DNA of 64,000 bases from Sphyrna mokarran (lineage: Eukaryota), in contig JAGIQG010000036.1 in NCBI GenBank assembly GCA_024679065.1, positions 12,710,001 through 12,774,000 of the forward strand. The letters are read 5' to 3'. Both the position numbers and the translations under genes were made by a program. Position 1 is the stretch's first letter. The number at the start of each line of letters is the position of its first letter. Under the pieces are notes generated by a model. It was not told the origin of the DNA. It saw nothing but the letters and a program-made list of their open reading frames with translations, and ran no database searches. Shown in pieces: positions 50,961-63,402 of this stretch.

Positions 50961-52912
50961 AACGTGCTTTTGTAACAAGTTCGAGAGGCTGAATGGTCTT
51001 ACCTTATTCCAAGTAGCAGGCTCGAGAGAGAGTTTGAATAGCTTCATCCTAATCATTCTACATATGTTTCAGCCATTGAAGTGTCTGCTTGTCAAAGAAC
51101 GCTTCCTTGAAAGCAACCGTTGGCAGTGGATGAAGAGAAAATCTTGTTTTATTCTCCTCTTCTCTCTATCTAACATTTGCTCACTGATTCATTCTTTCCT
51201 TGTCTCATTGTTTCTTCCAATCTTTCCTCCCTGCTTAAGCAGGTCGTTTTGTCCATCTCATTAGTAACAAACAAGTGGATTGTAGGATTTCTAACACATT
51301 GCTTCTCCAGACGCAAAAGACTTCTAAGTCACATTTTATAAAAGTTGGAAGCACTGAGCAGGTCAGGGAATCTCTGTGGAGAGAAAAATCGGGTTAACGG
51401 TTCAGACCAGTGACCTTTCATCCGAACATTACACCAAATAATTTTTAAAACGTCTTTATTCAAAAGATAGCGGAAGTGTGAAACTTCTACCAGATACATC
51501 ACTGTCTTATGCTCATGGTTTCCTCAATGATTTGTGATGAAGAGTTAAACATTAAATATTTCAGCAAAATTCGAAATGTTAAATATTTTTCTCTCACGAC
51601 TGATGCTGCTTTCTGTGTTTTGCTCCTGAATTACTTGTTTTGCTCCGGATTAAATTCACTTGGGAACTAGCTCCCTCTACTGACTGAATTTGCTCACTCC
51701 ACAGGATGTACTGAAATTCGACTCCAGCGGCATATCCGTCTATTTCTCTCTTCCACGTATTTTTATGTAACTTCTCCTGAAAGGCAAATACGCTTCTCAC
51801 CCCAATCCAATTCTGCAGAAACGAGGTTCACAATCTACACTCTTAAGGGTACAAAAAGGCAGAAGGAACTGGGTGTACAGATTCACAAGTCACTGAAAGT
51901 GGCAACGCATGTGGAGACTGTAGTCAAGAAGGTATACTGCATGCTTGTCTTCATCACTCGGGTCATTGAGTTTAAAAATTGGCAAGTCATGTTGCAGCTC
52001 TAGTTAGTTAGGCCGCACTTGGAATGTAGTGTTCAATTCTGGCCACCACATTACCAGAAGGATGTGGAGGTTTGGAGAGGGTACAGAAAAGATTTCTTAG
52101 GATGTTGTCTGGTATGGAGGGCATTAGCTATGAGGAGAGGTTGGAGAAACTTGGCTTGTTTTCATTGGACGACGGAGGTTGAGGGGCGACCTGAGAAATA
52201 TCTACAAGATTATGAGGGGCATGGACAGATGGATAGTCAGAAGCTTTGGAGGAATCAATTAGTAGGGGGCATAAGTTTAAGGTTCGAGGGGCAAGTTTTA
52301 CACAGAGGGTGGTGGATGCCTGGAACTCTCTGCCAGCGGAGGTATGGAAGCAGACACGATAGTAACATTTAAGAGGCGTCTTGACAAATACATGAGTAGG
52401 ATGGGAATAGAGAGATACAGTCTCCAATGGGGTAGAGGGTTTTAGTTGAGTCGGGCAGCATAGTGGGTGCAGGCTAGAGTGCCGAAGGGCCTGTTCCTAA
52501 GCTGTATCTTTTTTCATCTTTGCTGTAAGAACAATTTCTACACAAATCCCTGTTTAATGTATGAATGCCGATCTTTATTTATGAGGACTAGTGTTGGTCT
52601 TTCACTAAAGTGAAAATATGTTCCCTCTGTCTAATCCATTCAACATCCAAATTATCTATCAGGTCCACTTCAAACTTCTCTTCAATAGAAACGAATATGG
52701 GCAGACTTCCCTATAAGTTACAAACGCTCAGTTCTGGGAACATCCTTGCTAATATTCGCTTTCGCCTTTTCCAGTGTTCAGCAAACTAATCGGTCATTTT
52801 CATTGTAACCCTTGACTTTTACTGTCAATAACATTTTCACTCGACAAGATAACATGGTAAGGCGAATCACCGCGCAGGGTTCTCAGTGACAGCTATTTCC
52901 TGTTGTCTTTGA

Positions 52913-52951
52913 GGTTTTTGTTGAGCTGCTCCATCTCTCTGAGTCGCTGTG
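52913..52951 (-). other. 23-RSS of V10
   Basis: CACAGCG-23-ACAAAAACC. Confidence 0.93.
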
Positions 52952-53421
52952 AATACTACCAGCGCAGTAATGCACGGCCGAATGATTCGCCAGCAGGCTG
53001 TGGGCATTCAGGTTGAACTCATTCATATTCGGTCTCACGGCGCTGAAGCTGTCTACCGTCCCTTCTGAATTCACCATTTCTGCAGTTGCAGAATAAAACA
53101 TCAGCTGCGGCCCCTTGCCCGGATATTGTCGGTACCAGTACATGTAATCGGTATTGGCTCCCTCAGCGTTACAATTCAATTTCACTGCATCCCCAATAAA
53201 TCTGGAGACAGCGGCGGGGGTCTGATGGATCTGCACTGAGTTCACATCTGAAATAGAGATGGGGTGAACAGAGCATTGATAAATAAGGAAATTCTAGTGG
53301 TGAAGCAGCAGCAAAAGGAAATAAAAGAAAAGCAGGAGGAAAGGAAATCCTAAAAGACGTTGTCCAGAAAAAGACATGACTTACACTGAAATAACACCGT
53401 GAGGCCTAGTAACACATACAT
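52952..53421 (-). CDS. TRBV: TCR beta V gene segment V10 (CAW family, atypical HYCAGS end); leader 53385-53421, V exon 52952-53247
   Basis: Leader MYVLLGLTVLFQ|GTAAG; paralog of V9/V11; NHSAVHYCAGSI. Confidence 0.87.
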
Positions 53422-56400
53422 CTTTAATGTTAACCTTTTGTTGTATTAGAAATATATGCTGTAGCACTGGAGACCAGTATTCTGGGGAGTCAACTGGTCG
53501 TCTGTCAAATCATTGAGAAAAATGAAGGGCCAAAGTGAACCCCGCCCTCACTGGCAGGAAAACACGCCCTGTTTCTATGATTGGCTAGAAGTGGGAGCAG
53601 AAAGTTCCAAAAGGGGCAAAAACAGATGAAGAGAGTATGTAAAGAAAATGGATAAAATATGAGCGAGAGTTTCAGCTGGTCTGACAGCACATATGGCGAG
53701 AGAATAGAACAAACATTTCGTGTCTGGATGTCGCCTTTGTTCGCTTTGGAAAAGGGTAACCCAGGTTCGAAACGTTGGTCCTATACTTTCTCTACAGTTG
53801 CTATCAGGCCTGCAGAAGTTACCCTGCATGTCCTGCTTTTGTTTCAGATTCCAGCATCCGCAGTATTTTCCCTTTGGACAAAATGTGACATCGCCTTAAG
53901 CAATTTAGAGTGGCGCATCTTTTAAGTGGCGAGAGGAGCTGTGGCGAAGGAAAGGAGTTCAGCGCCATAATTCTCTACAACCAGGCAGGCCTGGACAAAA
54001 CGGACTTCAAATTGTAATCGAGTGCTCGCTTTTGCACCACGGGAACTGGAGTATCAAAGGAGAGAGGTTGCCTTAAATTGTAACACAACTCTGAAACACT
54101 GGGCACAGATCTGGGAAGGCACACCCTGACCAACCCACAGAACACCCACATCCATGGGCGGCACGGTGGGCACAGTAGTTGGTGTCCCAAATTCAAATCG
54201 CGGCTTAAGTCACTGTCTATGTGGAGTTTGCACGTTCTTCCCGTGCCTATACAAGTTCTCTCCGGGTGTTCCGTTTTTCACCCACAGTCCGAAAGGTGTA
54301 TTACACATGCTAAATTCTACTTGATTTCTTACAGAACTCCGGGCATCTGGGACACCTCGATAAGTGTTACGCAGCGCATTTATTAAAGGTGATTAGGGCT
54401 CAGAGAGAATGCACAGTGGAACATACTGAATGATTTTGGGGCTTAAAGAGTTAAATCATGAAAGGTTGTCTGCACTCCGCTGAGTATAAAGAATTAAAGA
54501 TTGAACTCATTAACTCACTTTTTAACCCCTTTCAAAGAGGGTGTCAGTGTCGAAATAACAATATAATTTACTCCGGAGCAGTAATCCAGAACAAAAACGG
54601 ATAATCCCAAAATTAAAGATAACGTCTTCAGACCATAACACCTATGGAAACGTAAAGTTTAAAATTTGTTTATGAAGTGAAGATGCCGGTGTTGGACAGG
54701 GGTTATTAGAGCAAGGAGTCTCACAACATCAGCTTAAACTCCAACAGGTTTATTTGGTATCACGAGCTTTCGGAGCGCTGCTCCATCCTCAAGTAAATGA
54801 CTCAGTCACTTTGACTTTAACATGGTGTTGTGAGACTTCTTAAAGTTTAATTGTTAGCGCTACAAGTATTAACTCTGCAATCAAGTTACTGTGAAAGCAC
54901 ATTAGTCGCCACAGTCCGGTGTCTGTTTGAGTACACTGAGAGAGTATTTAGCATAATCAATGCACCTAACCAGGAAACCGGAGCACCCGGAGGAAACCCA
55001 CGCAGACACGAGGAGAACGTACATAGTCCACATAGACAGTGACTCAAGCAGGAGAATGGTATCTGCATCCCTAGCGCTGTGAAGCAGGGGCGGTAACCAT
55101 TGAGCTACTGTGTGCAATTTAAATTCAAATGATAAATCTGAATTTGCAAACTACTCTCCGTAATGGTGACCATGAAACTATCACGGTGTATTGTAAATAC
55201 CTACCTGGTTCACTAATGTTCCTTTAAGGAAGGAAATCTGCCGTCCTCATGACCGAACACGTGACTCCGGATCCACAGTAGTGTGCTTGACGTCAAACTG
55301 CGCTAATGGCCTCGCTAGCCAATTATTTCAAGGGCAATTAGTCATAGGCCAACAAATCTTGACCTTGCTGTCGGCACCCACATTAAGTCAATTAATTTCT
55401 AAAATGTCTATATTCAAAAGATAGCGGAAGTGTGGAACTTCCACCAGATACAGCACTGTTTTATGCTCACTGTTTCCTCGACGATTTGTGTTGAAGAGTT
55501 AAACGGACTCGAAACGTTGAATATTGTTCTCTCACGATTAGTTCTGCCAGAACTGCTGATGTCTCCCAGCTTTCTTTGTTTTGCTCCTGAATTATTTGTT
55601 TTGCTCAGAATCAAATTCACCCACACGTGGCAACTAGCTCCCTCTACTGACGAATCTGCTCACTCTCTCAGCAACATGATGTACTGAAATTTGACTCCAG
55701 CAGCATTTTCTTCCATTTCTCCCTTCCACGTGTCTTTATGCAACTTCTCCTGAAAGGCAAATACGCTAGTTGCCCCAATCCAGCTTCTGAAGCAGCGTGG
55801 TTCACTTTCTACATTTTGAAGAATACGGATAGGCAGAAGGAACTGGGTGTACAGGTACACAAGTCACTGAAAGTGGCAACGCAGGTGGAGAAGGTAGTCA
55901 AGAAGGCATATGGCATGTTTGCCTTCATCACTCGGGTCATTGACTTTCAAAAATGGCAAGTCATGTTGCAGCTTTATCGAACCTTAATTAGGCCGCAATT
56001 AGATTGTAGTGTTCAATTCTGGTCGCCACATTACCAGAAGAATGTGGAGGCTTTGGAGACGCTACAGAAACAATTTCTCAGGGTGTTGTCTGGTGTGGAG
56101 GGCATTAGCTATGAAGAGAGGTTGGAGAAACTTCGGTTGTTGTCATTGGAACGATGGAGGTTGAAGGGTGACCGGAGACATGCCTACAACGACAGATGGA
56201 TAATCAATTACTAGGAGGCATAGTTTTAAGGTTCGAGGGGCAAGTTTTACACAGAGGGTGGTGGATGCCTGGAACTCTCTGCTAGGGGAGGTAGTGGAAG
56301 CAGATACGATAGTGACATGTAAGGGGCGTCTTGACAAATACATGAATAGAATGGGAATAGAGGAATACGGTCTCTAGTAGGACAGGGAGTTTTAGCTTAG

Positions 56401-56838
56401 TGAGTGCAGGCTTGGAAGGCCTGGTCCTGTGCTTTTTTTTTGTTCATTGTTGTAAGAGCAATTTCTACGCAATTCCCTGTTTGATCTATGAATACTGACC
56501 TTCATTTATGAAGCCTAGTGTTTGTCTTTCACTAAAGTGAAAATACGTACCCTCTGTCTAATCATTCAACCTCCAAGTTATCTATCAGGTCAAAATCAAA
56601 CTACTCTTCAATAGAAACGAATATGGGCAGTCTTCCCTATAAGTTACAATCTCTCAGTTCTAGGAACATCCTTGCTAATATTCGCTTTCATCTTTTCCAG
56701 TGTTCCGCAAACTAATCGGTCATTTTCATTGTAACTCTTGACTTTTATTGTGAATAACATGTTTACTCGATAAGGCAACGTGGTAAGGCGAGAAACCGCG
56801 CAGAGTTGTCAGCGACAGCTGTTCCCTGCTGCCTTTGG

Positions 56839-56877
56839 GGTTTTTGTTGAGCTGCTTTGTCTCTCTGAATCACTGTG
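56839..56877 (-). other. 23-RSS of V11
   Basis: CACAGTG-23-ACAAAAACC. Confidence 0.95.
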
Positions 56878-57353
56878 AAGACTCCAGGCGCAGTAGTACA
56901 CGGCCGAATGATTCGCCAGCAGGCTGTGGGCATTCAGGTTGAACTCATTCACATTCGGTCTCACGGCGGTGAAGTTATCCACCGTCCCTTCTGAATTCAC
57001 GATTTGTGCACCTGCAGAATAAAACATCAGCTGCAGTCCCCTGCCCGGATATTGTCGGTACCAGTACATGTAACCGCTACTAGCTCCCTCAGCGTTACAA
57101 GCCAACTTCACTCCATCCCCAACGAGTTTGGAGACAGCGGCGGGGGTCTGATGGATGTGCACTGAGTTTACATCTGGAAGACACATGGGGTGAGCAGAAC
57201 GTTAGTAAATAGGGAAATTCTGCTGGTGAAGCATCAAAAGTGAATAAAAGAAAGCACTTAAGGGAAAAAGAAAAGGAATCATAAGAGATTGTTGTCCAGA
57301 AAAACACATGACTTACATTGAAATAACACCGTGAGACTCAGTAACACATACAT
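56878..57353 (-). CDS. TRBV: TCR beta V gene segment V11 (CAW family); leader 57317-57353, V exon 56878-57173
   Basis: Leader MYVLLSLTVLFQ|GTAAGT; NHSAVYYCAWSL. Confidence 0.9.
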
Positions 57354-59099
57354 TTTTGTTGTTAACCTTTTGTTGCATTAGAGAAATATCCGGTAACACG
57401 AGAGACCAGTATTTTGGGGAGTCAACTGGTCGTCTGTTAAATCATTGAGAAAACCTGAAGGACCAAAGGGAACCCCGCCCTCACTGGCAGGAAGACACGC
57501 CCTATTTCTATGATTGGCTCGAAGTGGGGACAGGAAGTGCCAAAAAGGGCAGAGATAGATGAAGCGAGTGTGCTCAGAAAATAGATAAAATATGTGCGAG
57601 TAGGTCTGACAGCATCTATGGAGAGCGAATAGAACCAAAGTTTCGAGTCTGGATGTCACCTTGGTTCGCTCTTGAAAAGAATAATCCAGGCTCGAAACGG
57701 TGGTCCTATATTCTCTCCACAGTTGCTGTCAGGCCTGCAGAAGTTACCCAGCATTTTCTGCTCTGTTTCAGATTCCAGCAGTATTTTTCCTTCGGACAAA
57801 GTGTGACATCGCCTTAAGCAATTTAGAGTGGCGCATCTTCTAACTGGCGAGAGGAGCTGTGGTGAAGGAAAGGAGTTCAGCGCCATAAATCGCTAAAACC
57901 AGGCAGGCCTGGACAAAACGGACTTCAAACTGTCATCGAATTCTCGCTTTTGCACCGTGGAAATTGGGGTATCGAAGGCGGGGGATTTCCATAAATTGCA
58001 ACAGAACTTTGGAACACTGGGCACAGATCTGGGAAAGCACATCCATACCAACCCACAGAATACCTACATCCATGGGTGGCACGATGGGCACAGTGGCTAG
58101 CATTACTTCCTCACAGCGCCAGGGTCCCAAATTCAAATCGCGGCTTGCGTCACTGTCTATATGGAGTTTAGACATGCTAAATTCTCCCTCAGTATACCTA
58201 AAGAGGCACCGGAGGAATTTTCACAGTAGCTTCAATTGCAGTTACTGTGACACTAATAAATAAAAATAAAGGAGGATGTAGGGATTGCAAATCCTTCTAT
58301 CTACACAAATAGAGATCCAAGCCGGGAATCGAGCCCAGGTCCCTGGAGATGCGAAGTAATATTGTTAACCATTGTGCTAATTAAGGCCGGACCATTCAGA
58401 GGTGAGGTCACGAAACATTCCTTTACAGAAACTGTCGGGGAATTTTCCCCTCCAGAGAATGGTCGAAGGCTGATGCTTAATTGGACATTTCAAGACTCAG
58501 ACTAGTATAGGCTTCTTGGTTAGTACGTTGAAAAATGAGGGCTGAAGGTGGCGAGTATCTATCAGCCATGATCTCTTTGTACAGTATTACGGTAAGGTCA
58601 CTCGACTGGTAATCCAGAGGTTAATGTTCCTCGCGATATGGGCCCATATCCAACCACGGCAGTTGGTGAAATTTCAAAACAAGACATTAGTACCTATCTG
58701 GAACTGCGAGCAAGGAAACATCAAGTTGATTGCCACCTATTGCCAGTAACCCACTCTGCAATGATGAATCGGTTTTCTTCCACGTCGGAATGTCAGTTGG
58801 CATTCTGAATGTGGCAAGAATGCTCACTGCAACCTGAATAGGAATTTTCAAATTCCAGCAACATTGCAGTTTGATAATACCATCACTAGCCCAGTCGTAA
58901 AGATCGTAGCTGATAGGCTGAGGCTGCAAGAGGTATTGAGAGGACCAAAAGAGCAAAGCCTACTTGACTTAATCCTCACCAAGCCACAGCACTAATGGAT
59001 TACAAAAGGATCTGGTGGATCAACGAGGATCTGAGCATCCACGAGGCATGGTGTGTCACCGGCAAGTAGTAGAATTGTATGCAACCACAATCTGTAACT

Positions 59100-60340
59100 C
59101 ATTCTCCCATTACCATCAAACTAGATGATCATTCCGGGAGTTTAATGAAGCGTATAGGAAGGCCTGCCAAGATCAGCATCTGACATAGATTAAATGAGGT
59201 GGCAGCATGGCGACTAATTAAGTAACCTATACATTACAGGATTACTGCACGCCAAATTGCAAACCAGCTCTGAAGTACAGAACTTAGCGAATCCACTACT
59301 GACGGATCTGCTCTGCAAACCTGCTACAAACTGTCATAAATGCTGGTAAGACAATCGAACAGATAACGGGAGAAGGGGGTTCCACTAACATCGCCTCCAT
59401 GATGATGGGAGGGTGGGGGGGGGGGGGTCAGCAGGTCCGTACAACAGATAAAGCTGAATCATTCGCAGAAACCTTCAGCCAGAAGTACAGAGAGGAAGAT
59501 CCATCACGTCTCCTGAAATGTCCCAATTCCATTCGCTGCATGTAATAGCAAGAAACGCCTGAAGGCACTGAATGCTGAAAAGACTATGAGCCCTGACAAC
59601 ATTCTAGCAATAGCAATTAAGACTTGTGCTCCACAACTAGCTGCTCCTCTGGTCAAGGTAGTCCAGCATTGCTTCAGCACTGGCATCTACTCAGCTATGT
59701 GCAAAATTGTTCAGGTAAATCCGGGCAAATACAGTCAAAATAATTACAGTTCCACCTATCTATTTTCAATCACCAGCAATGTGATTGAAGGTATCGTAGA
59801 AAGTGCGACCTTGCTCTACTTTCACGGCAATAACCAGTTCACCCAGATACAGATTACATTTCTTAGGTTCACCCAGGTTCTGTTTTTATTACAGTTTTGC
59901 TCCATACAAGAGATGAATTCAAGAGATGAGGTGAGTGTGATTGACGTTGACATCTGCCTTATAAAAAGACTGGCGAAACTGAAGTCAATGGAGCCAGGGG
60001 GAATCTCTTCGCTGGCTGGAGTCATACAGAGCGCAAACGGAAACGCTTGTAGCTGTTGAAGTTCAGTCATCTCAATCCGAGGTCATTGCTGCAAGAGTTC
60101 CCCTAGCTCCCCTAGCTCCTAGCTCCTTCATTAATCAGTCTCCCTCCATCACAAGGTAGAAAGTGAGGATATTCACTGATAATTACACAATGTTCCGCAC
60201 CATTCATGGTTTTTCAGTTACTGAAGCATTCCTATAGGCAGCAAGATTTGGACAACATTGAAGCTTAGGCTGACGGGTGGTACGTAATACTTTCGCCTCA
60301 CAAGCGGCAAGGAGTGACTGCCTCCAAAAAGAAATAATCC
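59100..60340 (+). mobile_element. Degenerate LINE RT fragment
   Basis: PDNI.AIAIKTCAPQLAAPL.K..Q.....GIY motif typical of the LINE ORF2 pre-RT region. Confidence 0.7.
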
Positions 60341-61399
60341 TCCACTTCCTGTGTTCCAATTAAGCAATGTCCTCGGAATTGATGTGTTCAATGGTGTCGG
60401 AGCGCCCTCATCAGGTATTGTGGAGAAAGACAATATCAATCTGTATAAAATTGTTTTCTTTGATCTCTTTTTTCCCTTTCTTTCCTCATTCCTTCTGATA
60501 TGCCTTATCCAGAACCTACTTCACCTCTCCACGAAAACCACCGTCAACTGAATTTGCTCCTCGCTTTACTACAGGATGGGTTACTGTTTCACTGTATCAG
60601 TATATCTTTCTATTCCTTTCTCTTTTATAAAATATTCATTTATTGGTGGGATATGGGCGACGCTGGCTGGCCAGCATTCATTGCCCATCTCTAGTTGCCC
60701 GAGGGCAGTTGAGAATCAGCCACATTGCTGTGGTCCTGGAGTCACGTGTAAGCCGGATCAGGTATGTACAGCAGATTTCCTTCCCTCAAGGGATATGAAT
60801 GAATCAAACAATCGACAATAGTTTAATGATCACCAGTAGGTTCTTAATTTCAGATATCTTTTATTTGAATTCAAATTCCACCATCTGGCGGGATTCGAAC
60901 CCGGGTCATCCAGAGCATTAGCTGAGTTTCTGAATTACTAATCTAACGATAATACCACTCGGCATGATCTCCTCTTTATCCAGCTTCCACCGTAAAATAC
61001 ATCTGCTCTATTCGCCTCAGACCACACCCAGACAGCAAATTCCACACTCTCAGAGTTCCTGTGTGAAGACTTTCCCTAATTCGCAGTGAAATTTATGAGT
61101 AATGCATTTTATTTACCAAGTTTCATTTCACTCAAGTCCATCTTTCCTACCAACCCTCTGTCAGAAGTTCATGACCTGTATCAGGTAGAACAAGTTCCGT
61201 CTTTCCTGGTAATGTAAAATTCTCATATCTAGCAGCATCCCTGCTAAATTTCATGTTCACCTTCTCCAGCGCTCCTGAAACTTGCTTTCCATTCTAACAT
61301 TCCTTATGATTGTCCAAATCATCTTCCCTCGGCAAAGATGAATCACAGTGGCTCCAAGCACTCCTGCAGTTTTGTCTCGATCATCCTGCTGCCTTTGGG

Positions 61400-61438
61400 G
61401 GTTTTTGTTGAACTGCTCTATCTCTCTGAGTCACTGTG
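61400..61438 (-). other. 23-RSS of V12
   Basis: CACAGTG-23-ACAAAAACC. Confidence 0.95.
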
Positions 61439-61895
61439 AAGACTCCAGGCGCAATAATACACGGCCGTGTGATTCACCCGCAGGCTGGAGGACTCCAAAT
61501 TGAACTCAGAGCCACTCGGTCTCTGGGCGCTGAAACTGTCCACCCTCTCCTGTGGATTTACGGCATTGGTACCTAAGGAGTAAAACATGAGCTCAAGTTC
61601 CTCTCCCGACTTTTGTCTGTACCAGTACATGTTTGGGTTACTGGTCCCTTCCACAGTGCACTTCAGGTTCGCACCCTCCCCAGGAAATTTGGAGATAGCG
61701 GCGGGTGTCTGACGAATAGTCTGCGAGTCCACTCCTAGGAAAGAGAAGGAAATGAGCACATTGTGAACAGTGAAGAGAGAAAAAGAGGAAAAACAGAGTG
61801 AAAGAAATGATTAAGATTAATGATTATGAGTCATTATTCTTTGAAAGAAGTTTCTTACGGTGAAACCAGACGATTAACCCCAGTAACAAATGCAT
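61439..61895 (-). CDS. TRBV: TCR beta V gene segment V12 (most TRBV30-like); leader 61859-61895, V exon 61439-61734
   Basis: Leader MHLLLGLIVWFH|GTAAG; SQTIRQTP...KCTVEGTSNPNMYWYRQ...LELMFYS...NHTAVYYCAWSL. Confidence 0.92.
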
Positions 61896-62524
61896 CTTTA
61901 TTAGGAATTTCTCTTTCGGTAAAAAAAAGGCTGTAACAGCCAGAGTTGTGTGAGAACCCGTCCTTTTTATATCATTGAAAGAAACAATGTAACGTTGCAA
62001 CGTTTTACATACCCCCTTCCTCTGTCAAACCAATCAGAATGGTTGAGCTGCTAATTAGCAATGATTGACAGGATTGACTGCAGTTACATTCTCAGGAACT
62101 GCGTCCGTCACTCCCATTTAACCTAACTCAATCATCTGAACTACAATTGATCGCATCTGGATTTATATTCAACATGTGACAAATGCCTAAGCAATTGAAC
62201 CACATTGCTCGAAGGAAGGCCTTTAGAAGTCAGAGAACGCAACATGGGAACTTGCACATCACCACTGGCTTATTAGTTTGCTCTATGATAACAAAGTGGA
62301 TTGAATGATCCCGCCATGAGGGATCATTCGATATGCAGCTAACTCAGGCTCCCTCAGAAGCGCCAATCAATGAAATCGATTGTGACAATTGGCAGATGTG
62401 GAATTCTGTGTATGGGTGAGCTTATATCGCATTTATCTCTGTCTCCCTTTCTCTCCCTTTGTCATTCCCCCTTTGTCTCACACTATGCTCTTTTTTAAGT
62501 AGCCCCTCTCTGCTTCCTTCAAAG

Positions 62525-62782
62525 TAAAGTTTACTTACTAATCACAAGTAAGGCTTATATTAACACTGCAATGAACATACTGAGAAATTCCCCTAGTCGC
62601 CACAATCCAACGCCTGTTCGGGTCAATGCACCTAACCAACACGTCTTCCGGACTGCAGAAAGAAACCGGAGCACCCGGAGGAAATCCACGTAGACACGGG
62701 GAGAATGTGTAGGCTCCACACAGACAGCGACTCAAGTCCGGAATCGAACCGCTATGCTAACCACTGTGCCACTGTGCCGCCA
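62525..62782 (-). mobile_element. V-SINE
   Basis: AAACCGGAGCACCCGGAGGAAA core and tRNA-like head. Confidence 0.72.
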
Positions 62783-63075
62783 TAACTCCATCTCTGTCTC
62801 TCAATCTGTCTCACTCACCGTCCCGACCCCTCTCTCTATCTCATTCTGTTTCATCTTTCCATTCTGTGTCTCCCAGTCTTTCTCTTTCTGTATATCTAAT
62901 TGACTTCTTGCTCGTTCTCTCTCTCTGCATCGTTCTGTTCTTCGCTTATTCGTGCGCTTTTTCTTTGTATCTCTCTCTCCTCTGTGTTGCCTTCTCTGGC
63001 CTCTTCATTCCCTCGCTCTCTATTTATCAGCCTCTTTTTTGGCTAACTTGCCTGTCTGCTCTCTTTCTGGTTTCC

Positions 63076-63114
63076 GCTTTTTGTACGACGCACCTCGCCT
63101 TTTGCTGCGCTGTG
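63076..63114 (-). other. 23-RSS of V13
   Basis: CACAGCG-23-ACAAAAAGC. Confidence 0.9.
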
Positions 63115-63402
63115 CCTTACTACAGACGCAGTAAAAAACGGCGGAACGTGACAGATTGGCCGACTTCAACAGAAAGTGCGTGTTGTTGGGCCTCTCGGCT
63201 GTAAAGGGCTCCTTGGTGTACGGAGTAATCATTTCCTTGGTGGAAGAATAGAACAGGGCTTCGGGTTGCGAGTCCGAATACTGCCGGTACCAGTACAGAT
63301 AGCTGTAGCTCGGATCCTTCAGCACACAGCTCAGCCGGAATGGCTCACTCCCCGACACCGTCAGAAACACCGGGTCCTGCTCCACAAAAGTGCTTCTGTC
63401 GC
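63115..63402 (-). CDS. TRBV: TCR beta V exon V13 (divergent CAW-related; leader not found, probably beyond the window)
   Basis: tttcacAG acceptor; FVEQDP...LSCVLK...YWYRQ...FTAERPNNTHFLLKS...SAVFYCVCSK; FR3 resembles V1. Confidence 0.82.
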
